Position numbers and translations under genes: made by a program. Below are positions 1 to 8,946 of a stretch of DNA of 32,000 nt, in pieces. The notes beneath the pieces were generated by a model that ran no database searches, was not told the DNA's origin, and saw only the letters and a list, made by a program, of their open reading frames with translations. Numbering within the stretch: the stretch's first letter is position 1; each line of letters starts with the position of its first letter. The DNA is from Nitrosopumilus maritimus SCM1 (GTDB lineage Archaea; Thermoproteota; Nitrososphaeria; Nitrososphaerales; Nitrosopumilaceae), in the NCBI RefSeq assembly GCF_000018465.1, contig NC_010085.1, positions 150,001-182,000 on the forward strand, written 5' to 3'.

Positions 1-347
1 ATAATGAAAAAATTGTATTGGGATCCTTATTTGATGGATTGGGATTTGGAAATTCTTCTACTACTTTAGGACATGCACTGTCCTATGTTTTTTCAAATGA
101 GGGAATTTCTCATGGTCATGCTTTAGCATTTACTACTTCTGCTGCTCACAAATTTAACAAATCAAAATATTTTGAACGATTTGAAAAACTAGTTTCTTTC
201 TTAGGTTTTGAACCCATCACATTAGAGCAATCATTAGATCATGCTACAGAAACAATCTTACCTGATAAAAAACACCTTGATAATAACCCAATTCCTGTAT
301 CGAAAGACGACATCTATAACTTGTTAAAAACAATTATTTCAAAATAA
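1..347 (+). CDS. Iron-containing alcohol dehydrogenase, C-terminal fragment (gene begins upstream of window)
   Basis: Reading frame stays open to the window edge (NEKIVLGSLFDGLGFGNSSTTLGHALSYVF...GISHGHALAFT). The GISHGHA motif is typical of the Fe-ADH metal-binding region. Confidence 0.8.
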   Translation, partial: NEKIVLGSLFDGLGFGNSSTTLGHALSYVFSNEGISHGHALAFTTSAAHKFNKSKYFERFEKLVSFLGFEPITLEQSLDHATETILPDKKHLDNNPIPVSKDDIYNLLKTIISK

Positions 348-348
348 T

Positions 349-645
349 TTACTCATCAAAAATTATAACTTCATTTTGATTTTCGATGACTCTATAATTT
401 TTTAAATCTCTACCTGGATTAGTTACACAATTTCCTTTAGAAATATCAAATTCCCATCCATGACCCCCACAAGTTAATGTTTGTCCTTTAACAAATCCCA
501 ATTCTAATGGCCATTTGGCATGAGGACAGATTCCACTAACTGCAAAAATTTGTTCCCCGTTATTAAAAACAATAATTTTTGGACTGACTGATACTTCGAC
601 TAATTTACCAATAGGAATATCTTGTTTTTTTACAGTGAATTTCAT
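349..645 (-). CDS. Rieske [2Fe-2S] domain protein (ferredoxin-like)
   Basis: 98 aa with CPH...CGGH (CPHAKWPLELGFVKGQTLTCGGHGWEFD), a canonical C-x-H / C-x-x-H Rieske pair. Confidence 0.9.
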   Translation of the reverse strand: MKFTVKKQDIPIGKLVEVSVSPKIIVFNNGEQIFAVSGICPHAKWPLELGFVKGQTLTCGGHGWEFDISKGNCVTNPGRDLKNYRVIENQNEVIIFDE

Positions 646-647
646 AA

Positions 648-1970
648 TTAATGTAATCTATTATAGATTTTGTATATATTGCTAATTCTTGTTGGATCTG
701 GATCATATAGCAAATTAATGAAATGTTCGTTCCATTGATCAGGTTTTCTATCCCCTTGCCACCTAGCTGATAAAAATAATGTTTCCCAAAGTAGTTCATT
801 ATTAACTGCTTTTTGAACTAAATGTGCAGGGATTTTCATCCAATAATTCCAATCATCCGTTTTTCCTTCTGTTACAAAAGAACCTGATTCCTTATCTTTA
901 GAAATATCTAAAATATACTCTCCTCCATTTTTACCGTCTGCAATCAGTTGAACTTTCATATCGATATGTTTTCGTGCAACAGGGTTTTCAGAGATTATTT
1001 TGTTGAAATAATCATATATCTCATTAGATAATTTTTGTGAAGCTTCTCCTTCTTCCTTCCATCGTCTATTAAGATCTTCTTGAACTTGGATTGAAAACTC
1101 ATTTACTACATCTGTCTTGTCTGATGAAAAAATTGGATTATTATTTTTGGTGTGTGTGCCATCAATTGAAATTTCATCATCTGCTGCCATGGCTACCACT
1201 TCTGTTCCTAAATTTCCACTATTATCCCACGCCTTTTTTGGTTCATCAGGACATCCAAAAACTGAGATGGGATAGTTTAGTTTTAGTTGAGATTCATGAG
1301 GAAATAATGGGCCTCCAGCATACGGAATAGCAAATTTTGGTTTTATAGTATTTACATAATTTACAAATCCATTGATTTTATTGTCTTTTCTTTTAATAGC
1401 AATTTCATCTCGTTTCTCTTTTGAATAATTATATGCATCTGGATACCAGTTTGCCACAGAATACATGAAAAATCCAATATCTGGTTTTGCAGCATTTACT
1501 TTCTTAAGGGATTCAAAATCCATTTTACAATCAGTCTGACAAAAAACTGTTCCTTCTTTGCTTTTGATAAGTAAAGCGGAATCCTCAAACATCAAATCTG
1601 GGTTTTTAATAGATGTGATTTCTAAACCCTCATTAATTTTTTCAGGTTTCCAAGAGTCAAGAACAGTGATGTTAGAAAATCCTAATTCTTTGATAGCATT
1701 ATGAAATCTATTTGTTGGAAAATTACAAATATAGATTTGTGTTTTTTTATCAAATTGACATAATGATTCTGCTTGAAAATGATCTTCATGTTCATGAGAA
1801 ATGTAAATTGCGTCAACGTCAGTAGGAATGTTTTTCTTTGTAGCTGGTTCTCTTCTAAGTGTATACCATGTGTTTACATTGCAAGGACCAACAATCCATG
1901 GATCAACAATTATTCTAAAATTATTCGTTTCAATTAGTGTACAAGCTTGTCCTAAAAATCTTACAAACAT
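648..1970 (-). CDS. Metallo-beta-lactamase-fold protein, CMP-Neu5Ac hydroxylase/UlaG-like, with a long C-terminal extension
   Basis: 440 aa with ISHEHEDHF (HxHxDH motif) and N-terminal MFVRFLGQACTLIET..IIVDPW typical of MBL-fold proteins; located 2 nt upstream of the Rieske gene. Confidence 0.8.
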   Translation of the reverse strand: MFVRFLGQACTLIETNNFRIIVDPWIVGPCNVNTWYTLRREPATKKNIPTDVDAIYISHEHEDHFQAESLCQFDKKTQIYICNFPTNRFHNAIKELGFSNITVLDSWKPEKINEGLEITSIKNPDLMFEDSALLIKSKEGTVFCQTDCKMDFESLKKVNAAKPDIGFFMYSVANWYPDAYNYSKEKRDEIAIKRKDNKINGFVNYVNTIKPKFAIPYAGGPLFPHESQLKLNYPISVFGCPDEPKKAWDNSGNLGTEVVAMAADDEISIDGTHTKNNNPIFSSDKTDVVNEFSIQVQEDLNRRWKEEGEASQKLSNEIYDYFNKIISENPVARKHIDMKVQLIADGKNGGEYILDISKDKESGSFVTEGKTDDWNYWMKIPAHLVQKAVNNELLWETLFLSARWQGDRKPDQWNEHFINLLYDPDPTRISNIYKIYNRLH

Positions 1971-2014
1971 AAGTTTGTTTTAACCCAAATGGATTTAAAA
2001 GTTACATTAATTAT

Positions 2015-2839
2015 TCAACTAGAATTTTTCCCATTGATATATGATTTTAGAAGATCCGTTTTGGTAAGAACTCCCCAAATAATGTTGTTGTCATTTAATA
2101 CGCCTACTCCGTCAATTCCTTCTTTAAGTAATAATGAACAAACTTTAGAAAGATTCTCCATCATTGGAACTGAAATAATTTCTTTTGAGCTTAATTCCTG
2201 ACCTTTAATCTTATCTGAATAAAATCTCTCAAAAAGAAGTCCTGTATCTAATTCTTCACTTTGAATTGAACTAGTATTCAAATTTCTAAACCCTAACTTT
2301 AACAAATCTCTAATTGTAATAATTCCTGATGAAATCTCATTTTCTTCTTTAAGAATTAATCTGGATATGTTGAAATCAATCATTTTTTTAAAAATATGAT
2401 TGATTGGTAGATCTGAGAATTCCCATAAATAATCATTTGACATTATTTCAACAGCTTTTTTCTCTTTCAACTCTGCTTGAATATTTTTAACAATATCCGT
2501 TTTTGTTAAAATTCCATTAATTTTTTCAGATTTTATTCCTAAAGATCCAATATTTTTCTGAACCATTTCCTTTGTACATGATTTAAGATCTTCCTCAGCA
2601 TTAATAGAAAAAATTTTTTTTGAAATTTGTTCTATTGGAATTTTGTTAATTGATTCATTTTGTTTTTCAAGTAAAAAATGACAAATATCTTTTTCACTAA
2701 CGATTCTTGTTATAACGCTGTCTTCAGAAATCAAAACTCTACTAATTTTTTCTTTTAATAATTTTGAAATAGTTTCTCCAATACTTATTTTTTTGTCTAT
2801 TGTAATGGGTGAGTTCATTACATTTTTTGCAATTTTCAT
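2015..2839 (-). CDS. Multi-CBS-domain protein
   Basis: Repeated CBS-like units (RVLISEDSVITRIVSEKDICHFLL; KSEKINGILTKTDIVKNI; NISRLILKEENEISSGIITIRDLLKLG; VGVLNDNNIIWGVLTKTDLLKSY). Confidence 0.85.
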   Translation of the reverse strand: MKIAKNVMNSPITIDKKISIGETISKLLKEKISRVLISEDSVITRIVSEKDICHFLLEKQNESINKIPIEQISKKIFSINAEEDLKSCTKEMVQKNIGSLGIKSEKINGILTKTDIVKNIQAELKEKKAVEIMSNDYLWEFSDLPINHIFKKMIDFNISRLILKEENEISSGIITIRDLLKLGFRNLNTSSIQSEELDTGLLFERFYSDKIKGQELSSKEIISVPMMENLSKVCSLLLKEGIDGVGVLNDNNIIWGVLTKTDLLKSYINGKNSS

Positions 2840-2952
2840 AAATTATCTGAATTTAATTACTATATCAATTGATTATATATTATCAAGATTGAAACCATTC
2901 GTGCCTAAGTTTGCAGAAATTTAGTTTTAGTGAGATTTTCTATTTCAGCATT

Positions 2953-2962
2953 ATTTTAAATA
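2953..2962 (+). promoter_or_regulatory. Putative TATA box (TTTTAAATAG) for the GT2 gene
   Basis: TTTTAAATAG about 30 nt before the ATG at 2989, the expected archaeal spacing for a near-leaderless mRNA. Confidence 0.5.
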
Positions 2963-2988
2963 GTTAAAATTAAACAAAATGTACACTT

Positions 2989-3954
2989 ATGATGAATGAA
3001 ACCATGGAAACTAAAAAAAATTCTATGTCTGATGAAATCTTCGTTTGTATTCCTTCATATAATGCTGAATCTACAATTGAGGAAGCCATTAAACAATGTA
3101 AAAAATTTGCAACTAGTGTTTTAGTAATTAATGATGGTTCTTCTGATAAAACTGAAGAAATTGCAAAAAAAGCTGGAGCAGAAATTATTACACATAAACA
3201 GAACAAAGGATATGGTGGCTCTATCAAAACTGGTTTATCTGAGGCTTTAAGACGTAGAGCAAAAGTAACTATCACATTTGATGCTGATTTACAACATGAT
3301 TCAAATGATCTTCCAAAAATTATTCAACCAATTCTTACCAACAAAGCAGATATTGTTATTGGTTCTAGATTTTTAGAAGATAATGATAATGTTAAACCTT
3401 ATAGAAAATTTGGAATAAAATTGATAACACGACTAGTGAATTCTTTTTCTAAAAATAATATAAGAGATGCCGAAAGTGGTTTACGCGCTTATAACTATGA
3501 ATCTTTAAAAAAAATTGTTCCAAGTTTAGAAACACAAGGAATGGGAATGTCTGCTGAAATTCTTTTGAAAGCTGCTGTAAATCAATTAAAAATAATTGAA
3601 ATTCCTAGAAAAGAAATGTATCCTGATAATGTTCAAACTTCTTCTCAGAACCCCTTAAAACACGGTTTAACTGTAGTTTTAACAATCATCAAATTAATTA
3701 TTGAAACAAAACCATTACCTGCATTTGGAATTCCATCTCTTGTTTTTTTCTTTATAACTGGAATTAGTTCTTATTTTGTTGTTGAGTTTTACAATGAAAT
3801 TGGCAGACTTCCTGTAGGACTTACTATTTTTACTTTGAGCACTTTGACTATAGCATTTTTCTTAATAATGGTAGCAACAATTTTGTATGTATTGAGTAGA
3901 ATTTCTGCAAAGTTAAATTTTCAATTACATAATGATCTAAACTCAAATAATTGA
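2989..3954 (+). CDS. Family 2 glycosyltransferase (dolichyl-phosphate mannosyltransferase/DPM1-like) with C-terminal TM helices
   Basis: VCIPSYNAESTIEEAIKQC...LVINDGSSDKTEEIAKKAGAEIITHKQNKGYGGSIKTGL...TFDADLQHD...IVIGSRFL, plus two C-terminal hydrophobic segments. Confidence 0.9.
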   Translation: MMNETMETKKNSMSDEIFVCIPSYNAESTIEEAIKQCKKFATSVLVINDGSSDKTEEIAKKAGAEIITHKQNKGYGGSIKTGLSEALRRRAKVTITFDADLQHDSNDLPKIIQPILTNKADIVIGSRFLEDNDNVKPYRKFGIKLITRLVNSFSKNNIRDAESGLRAYNYESLKKIVPSLETQGMGMSAEILLKAAVNQLKIIEIPRKEMYPDNVQTSSQNPLKHGLTVVLTIIKLIIETKPLPAFGIPSLVFFFITGISSYFVVEFYNEIGRLPVGLTIFTLSTLTIAFFLIMVATILYVLSRISAKLNFQLHNDLNSNN

Positions 3955-3959
3955 TGTAA

Positions 3960-4847
3960 ATGCTAGCTGCTACTTTTTCAAGAATGATAAGAAATGTATT
4001 TTTTTATTCATACCGATTGGCTACTAGCTTTTTTAGAATGACCCCTAATTTTATTATTATTGGGGCACCAAAATGTGGCACCACATCTCTATACAATTAT
4101 CTAATACAACACCCACAAATTTTGTCTTCTTCTAGAAAGGAACCAATGTTCTTTAGCATGTTTTATAATAAGAATCCATTATGGTATAAAATTAATTTTC
4201 CTATAAAATTTGGTCATTCTAAAAAAATTACTGGAGAAGCTTCTACATCCTATTTGATCTATCCAAATGTTCCAAAACTTGTTAAAGAAATGTTACCGGA
4301 TGTAAAAATTATCATTATGTTACGAAATCCGATTGATAGATCTTTTTCGCAATACACTCATCATTATAGATCTGGAGTTGAGACTTTGTCTTTTGAAGAA
4401 GCAATTAATGAAGAAGAAAAAAGACTTCAAGGTACTTTAGAAGAAATAGAAAACTCAAAACCTCTAAAAGGTTTTTCATACCTGAAGTCTCTTTTCTTTT
4501 TTAACCCCTCTAATATCTTAACATTTTCAAATTTATTTGGAGGCATTTATGTAGATCAAATTAAAAATTGGACAGATGTGTTTCCTTCAGATCAAATTAA
4601 AATCGTTTTTAGTGAGGAATTTTTTAAAGATTCAGACAAAATTTATCAAGATGTGTTAAAGTTTTTAGAACTTCCAAGCTACAAATTAATGAATTATAAA
4701 GCATTTAATGCAGATTATAAAAAAAATCCATCTGTTTCAAATCCAAAAATGAATATCGATACTCGCAAAAAACTTGTAGAATATTTTAAACCTCATAACA
4801 AACGTCTGAGTGATTTTTTAAATAAACCAATTAACTGGGATAGTTAA
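3960..4847 (+). CDS. Sulfotransferase family protein (PAPS-dependent type); the true start may be the ATG at 4038
   Basis: FIIIGAPKCGTTSLYNYLIQHPQI (5'-PSB loop) and IIIMLRNPIDRSFSQYTHH (3'-PB region). Confidence 0.88.
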   Translation: MLAATFSRMIRNVFFYSYRLATSFFRMTPNFIIIGAPKCGTTSLYNYLIQHPQILSSSRKEPMFFSMFYNKNPLWYKINFPIKFGHSKKITGEASTSYLIYPNVPKLVKEMLPDVKIIIMLRNPIDRSFSQYTHHYRSGVETLSFEEAINEEEKRLQGTLEEIENSKPLKGFSYLKSLFFFNPSNILTFSNLFGGIYVDQIKNWTDVFPSDQIKIVFSEEFFKDSDKIYQDVLKFLELPSYKLMNYKAFNADYKKNPSVSNPKMNIDTRKKLVEYFKPHNKRLSDFLNKPINWDS

Positions 4848-5857
4848 TTAATTTTCTTCTTCAAAAATTCTATAGATTTTACTGGTGAAGGATCTATTTT
4901 TTCAATTATTGCTTTATAGATTGAAGAATAGTCTAACAAGTATATCAAGTAGACTAATTTTGTTAAAATAGAACCTGTTGGTGAGGAAATAACATTATAC
5001 TGAATATGGTTTTTCTTAAAATACTCTTTAACAATTTTTTGTAATTTTTTAGTTTTTATATAATCATCTTTTCCTTCCAACAATATTGGTTGTATTGAAC
5101 TAGTTTTTTCCCAAGAAACTATTCCATTATGTGACATTTCTATAATATCTTCAGACATGGCATGAAGTTTTGCATTTTCTTGTAATGAATTCTTGAATCT
5201 AATTGCAGCTGCTTTGAATCCATTTGGATAATATATTATTGGAATGTTATTGATCCATTTTGCAAGTTCTAATGATTTATTTTTTTTATCTAATTTGTGT
5301 GATGCAATATTTTTTGAAAGTTGTTCTAAATCATTAATTGATTTTAAGATAATATTTTGTTTTAATGGAATCATTGGTTCAAGAGTATTTAGAATTGAAT
5401 AAAAAAAGCTAACAAACGAAGCTCTAGGAGAATGTACTATAGGAATTTGTCTATATTCAATTTTATTATTATTACAGAATTTTTCAATTTTACCTCCTGA
5501 TGAAAATGCAATTATTTTACATCCTCTTTTTTTTGCTTGTTTTAAAACAGTATGTGTTTCAATAGTATTTCCTGAAACACTAATTGGAATTACAAGAGTT
5601 TTGGGATTAATAGATTCTGGTAGATGGAATCCTTTGATTGTTGAAACATTTAGATTAGTTTTAGAAAAAATAGATGAAAACCCATCTCCAATTGAACCTG
5701 AACCACCCATTCCAGAAAAAATTATTTCATTAATGTCCTTGAAATCTATTTTTTCCGTTGGTTGAAAAAATGCTTTACGTGCAAGTTCTGGCCATTTATC
5801 ATATACTTCACACATCTTCTGGGGATCATATTTTTTCAAATCTCTAGATGAAATCAA
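4844..5857 (-). CDS. Bifunctional phosphoglucose/phosphomannose isomerase-like SIS-domain protein
   Basis: FSGMGGSGSIGD...TLVIPISVSGNTIETHTVLKQAKKRGCKIIAFSSGG, and a C-terminal bifunctional PGI/PMI region. Confidence 0.85.
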   Translation of the reverse strand: MISSRDLKKYDPQKMCEVYDKWPELARKAFFQPTEKIDFKDINEIIFSGMGGSGSIGDGFSSIFSKTNLNVSTIKGFHLPESINPKTLVIPISVSGNTIETHTVLKQAKKRGCKIIAFSSGGKIEKFCNNNKIEYRQIPIVHSPRASFVSFFYSILNTLEPMIPLKQNIILKSINDLEQLSKNIASHKLDKKNKSLELAKWINNIPIIYYPNGFKAAAIRFKNSLQENAKLHAMSEDIIEMSHNGIVSWEKTSSIQPILLEGKDDYIKTKKLQKIVKEYFKKNHIQYNVISSPTGSILTKLVYLIYLLDYSSIYKAIIEKIDPSPVKSIEFLKKKIN

Positions 5858-5949
5858 CTACGATAATCAATTTTATATGAAATATAATGTTTAGTTATTC
5901 CAAATAAACTAATTTCTTAAAATATTAGTGCCTATATTGTGAAATCTGT

Positions 5950-6876
5950 ATGAAAATTCTTGTAACTGGTGGAGCTGGATTTATTGGAAGGCACTTAATA
6001 AAAAAAATTAATAAAAAACATGAATTAATAATTTTTGAAAATTTTTCTAATAGTGATGAAAAAAATATTTCCTATTTATTAAATGATAAAACTAAATTAG
6101 TTAAAGGTGATCTAACTGATTTTTCTTTGATCAATTCTAGTTTATCTAATGTTGATCTTGTAATTCATCTAGCAGCAAAAATTGATATTTTGCAATCAAT
6201 TGAGCATCCTGATCAAACACATAAAATCAATGTAGAAGGAAGTTTGAATCTTCTTCGAGCTTGTGTAAAAAATAATGTTAAAAATTTTATTGCTGCTTCT
6301 TCTGCAGCAGTATATGGTAATCCAAAACAAATTCCTGTAACAGAGTTTACAATTCCTAACCCTGTATCACCATATGGTGCTGATAAGATTGCTTTAGAAT
6401 TCTATTTACGTGCTTTTTGTAATGCTTATGGAATTAATGGAATAGCATTAAGATTTTTTAATGTTTATGGACTTGGACAATCTAATGCTTATGCTGGAGT
6501 TATAACAAAATTCCTGAATCAAATTCATCAAACTAAACCATTAAGAATATTTGGAGATGGAAAAAACACTAGAGATTTTATTCATATTGATGATTTAGTA
6601 ATGGGAATTGAACAGTCAATTTCAAACATATCAGGTAAAAGAGGAAGTGTTTACAATTTAGCAAGTGGCAAATCTGTATCTGTTAAAGAATTAGCTAAAT
6701 TGATGCTAGAAATTTCAGACAAAAAATTAGAAATAAAATATGAATCTCCTAGAAAAGGTGATCTGCTTTATAGTTCTGCCTCAATTGATTTGGCCAAAAA
6801 TGACCTTAGTTTTGTGCCTAAAATATCTCTAAAAGATGGAATTTCTAGTCTAATGAAGGAAATAAATTATCAATAG
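5950..6876 (+). CDS. NAD-dependent epimerase/dehydratase (UDP-glucose 4-epimerase-like extended SDR)
   Basis: MKILVTGGAGFIGRHLI, DLVIHLAAKIDI, SSAAVYGNP, YGADKIALEFY, RFFNVYG. Confidence 0.92.
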   Translation: MKILVTGGAGFIGRHLIKKINKKHELIIFENFSNSDEKNISYLLNDKTKLVKGDLTDFSLINSSLSNVDLVIHLAAKIDILQSIEHPDQTHKINVEGSLNLLRACVKNNVKNFIAASSAAVYGNPKQIPVTEFTIPNPVSPYGADKIALEFYLRAFCNAYGINGIALRFFNVYGLGQSNAYAGVITKFLNQIHQTKPLRIFGDGKNTRDFIHIDDLVMGIEQSISNISGKRGSVYNLASGKSVSVKELAKLMLEISDKKLEIKYESPRKGDLLYSSASIDLAKNDLSFVPKISLKDGISSLMKEINYQ

Positions 6877-6889
6877 ACAACTTGATTTT

Positions 6890-7927
6890 ATGGTACTAAA
6901 AACTGTCGAATGGAAAAATAATAAAGTTGTAATGATTGATCAAACCAAACTTCCAAATGAATTGGTGTTTGTAGAGTTTGATGATTTTAATCAAGTTGCA
7001 GATGCCATAAAAAATCTTGTAGTTCGTGGTGCACCTGCTATTGGTGTCTCTGGTGCTTTTGGTTTAGCTTTAGCAGTTTTACAAAGTGATGCAGAAACCA
7101 AACAAGATTTAATTTCTTATCTAGAAAATGCTAGAAAAATTCTATTTGAAACAAGACCTACTGCAATTAATTTAGGATGGGGTCTTAACAAAATAATGGA
7201 TGTTGCAAAACACTGTAACTCCATCCAAGAAATCAAAGAATCTGTAATTGCTGAAGCCAAAAAAATGGCTGAAGATGATATTGAAATTAATAAAACTATG
7301 GGAAAAAATGGCTCTGTTTTATTTGATAATAATGACACAATTATGACTCATTGCAATGCTGGAGCTCTTGCAACAGTGGCATATGGAACTGCGTTAGGAG
7401 TTATCCGAGCAACTAAAGAAAGTGGAAAGCAAGTCAAAGTAATAGCTACCGAAACACGACCTATTCAACAAGGTTCTAGATTAACAGCTTTTGAATTACA
7501 ACATGATGGATTTGATGTAAGTTTGATTCCTGATACTGCAGTTGGATATTCTATGGCTAATGGATTGGTGAATAAGGTAGTGGTTGGTGCAGATAGAATT
7601 GTAAAGACTGGACATGTTTTTAATAAAATTGGTACCTATCAAGTTGCAACTATGGCTAAACAACATGGAATTCCATTTTATGTTGCAGCTCCTCTTTCAA
7701 CTATAGATTTGAAAAGTAAAGCAGATGAAGTTATTATTGAAATGAGAAAAGGAAGTGAAGTTACGGGTATTGGTGATAAAAAAACTGCACCTGATGATGT
7801 TAATGTTATTAATCCTGCATTTGATATGACTCCTCCTGAACTAATTACTGGAATAATTACTGAAAAAGGAGTTGTCAGTTCACCATATGAAGAATCTATT
7901 CAAAAATTATTTGATGAAAACAATTAA
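6890..7927 (+). CDS. mtnA: S-methyl-5-thioribose-1-phosphate isomerase / eIF2B-like sugar-phosphate isomerase
   Basis: VVRGAPAIGVSGAFGLAL, THCNAGALATVAYGTALGVIR, ETRPIQQGSRLTAFEL, VVVGADRIVKTGHVFNKIGTYQVA, full MtnA-like length (345 aa). Confidence 0.88.
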   Translation: MVLKTVEWKNNKVVMIDQTKLPNELVFVEFDDFNQVADAIKNLVVRGAPAIGVSGAFGLALAVLQSDAETKQDLISYLENARKILFETRPTAINLGWGLNKIMDVAKHCNSIQEIKESVIAEAKKMAEDDIEINKTMGKNGSVLFDNNDTIMTHCNAGALATVAYGTALGVIRATKESGKQVKVIATETRPIQQGSRLTAFELQHDGFDVSLIPDTAVGYSMANGLVNKVVVGADRIVKTGHVFNKIGTYQVATMAKQHGIPFYVAAPLSTIDLKSKADEVIIEMRKGSEVTGIGDKKTAPDDVNVINPAFDMTPPELITGIITEKGVVSSPYEESIQKLFDENN

Positions 7928-7941
7928 AATTTATCCTCTAT

Positions 7942-8940
7942 TTGAAATCTATAATGATTATGAAAAATATTATGGTTGTAGGTTGTGGTGGAGTAGGAAG
8001 TCGTCATTTACAATCTTTAGCAAAAATTGATTTACCTGTTAATCTATATGCTGTAGATCCTGATGAGAATTCTTTAAAAAATTCTAAAAAACTTTTTGAT
8101 GAAATCCCTCAAAATCATAACATTAAACAAGTTAATTTTTTAAAAGAATTTCCAAAAGATGTGTTAAAATTTGATTTATGTATTATTGCAACTTCATCTA
8201 ATGTAAGATTAAAAGTATTGAAAAATGTTATAACAAATTTTACTATTAAAAATTTAATTCTTGAAAAAGTTTTGTTTCAATCTATTGAAGAATTAGATGA
8301 AGCGGATAAAATTATTGATCAAAAGAAAATTAATTGTTGGGTTAATTGTTATAGAAGAGAAGAAAAATGTTGGATAAATATAAAGAAATTTTTTGAAAAT
8401 AATTCTAACTCAAAATTATATTATGGAAATGCTGATTGGAGTATGTGCTGTAATACTATTCATATTGTAGATTTAGCTGTATGGCTTTTTGATAGTAAAG
8501 TAGAACAAATTGAAAATAAAGATATAGAAAATAAAATTTATACTTCTAAAAGAGATGGTTTTATCGAATTTAATGGCATTTTAAATGGATTTTTAAAAAA
8601 TGGAACAAAATTAAAACTTGAATCAAACAATAAAATTCCATTTGAAAATGTAGAATTTGAAATTGTTACTGATACAAGAAAATTAAGAGTTAACGAAGCT
8701 AAAGGTGAGGGCTTTTTATCTAGAAAAGAAACTAATTGGATTCCTGAAAAATTTTCGTTTCATATACCATACCAAAGTGAAAAAACCCATAAAATTGCAA
8801 AGAAAATTCTAGAAACCGAAAAATGTAATCTAACTACTCTAAAAGAATCAGTGGAGATTCATAAACCCATTTTACTGAGTTTTCTTAATCATCTGAACAA
8901 AATTTCTGATAAAAAGTATTCATACTGTCCAATAACATAG
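7942..8940 (+). CDS. Gfo/Idh/MocA family oxidoreductase-like protein (intact Gly motif, altered EKP motif)
   Basis: IMVVGCGGVGSRHLQSLAKIDLPVNLYAVDPDENSL and NLILEKVLFQSIEELDEADKII. Confidence 0.8.
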   Translation: MKSIMIMKNIMVVGCGGVGSRHLQSLAKIDLPVNLYAVDPDENSLKNSKKLFDEIPQNHNIKQVNFLKEFPKDVLKFDLCIIATSSNVRLKVLKNVITNFTIKNLILEKVLFQSIEELDEADKIIDQKKINCWVNCYRREEKCWINIKKFFENNSNSKLYYGNADWSMCCNTIHIVDLAVWLFDSKVEQIENKDIENKIYTSKRDGFIEFNGILNGFLKNGTKLKLESNNKIPFENVEFEIVTDTRKLRVNEAKGEGFLSRKETNWIPEKFSFHIPYQSEKTHKIAKKILETEKCNLTTLKESVEIHKPILLSFLNHLNKISDKKYSYCPIT

Positions 8941-8946
8941 AAAAAA

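Noticed and set aside
605-799. Plus-strand 64-aa ORF overlapping the Rieske/MBL junction
   Set aside because: It is antisense to the 3' end of the MBL gene and the 5' end of the Rieske gene, with no domain signal.
2970-3275. Minus-strand 101-aa ORF opposite the GT2 gene
   Set aside because: It is fully antisense to a strongly supported CDS. The same reasoning applies to 1091-1330, 7117-7338, 11053-11238, 14380-14634, 14956-15267, 16361-16546, 17100-17330, 17340-17546, 18519-18710, 18875-19102, 20432-20665, 22105-22467, 23776-24072, 25875-26126, 26199-26477, 26749-26931, 27073-27258, 28199-28480 and 30912-31118.
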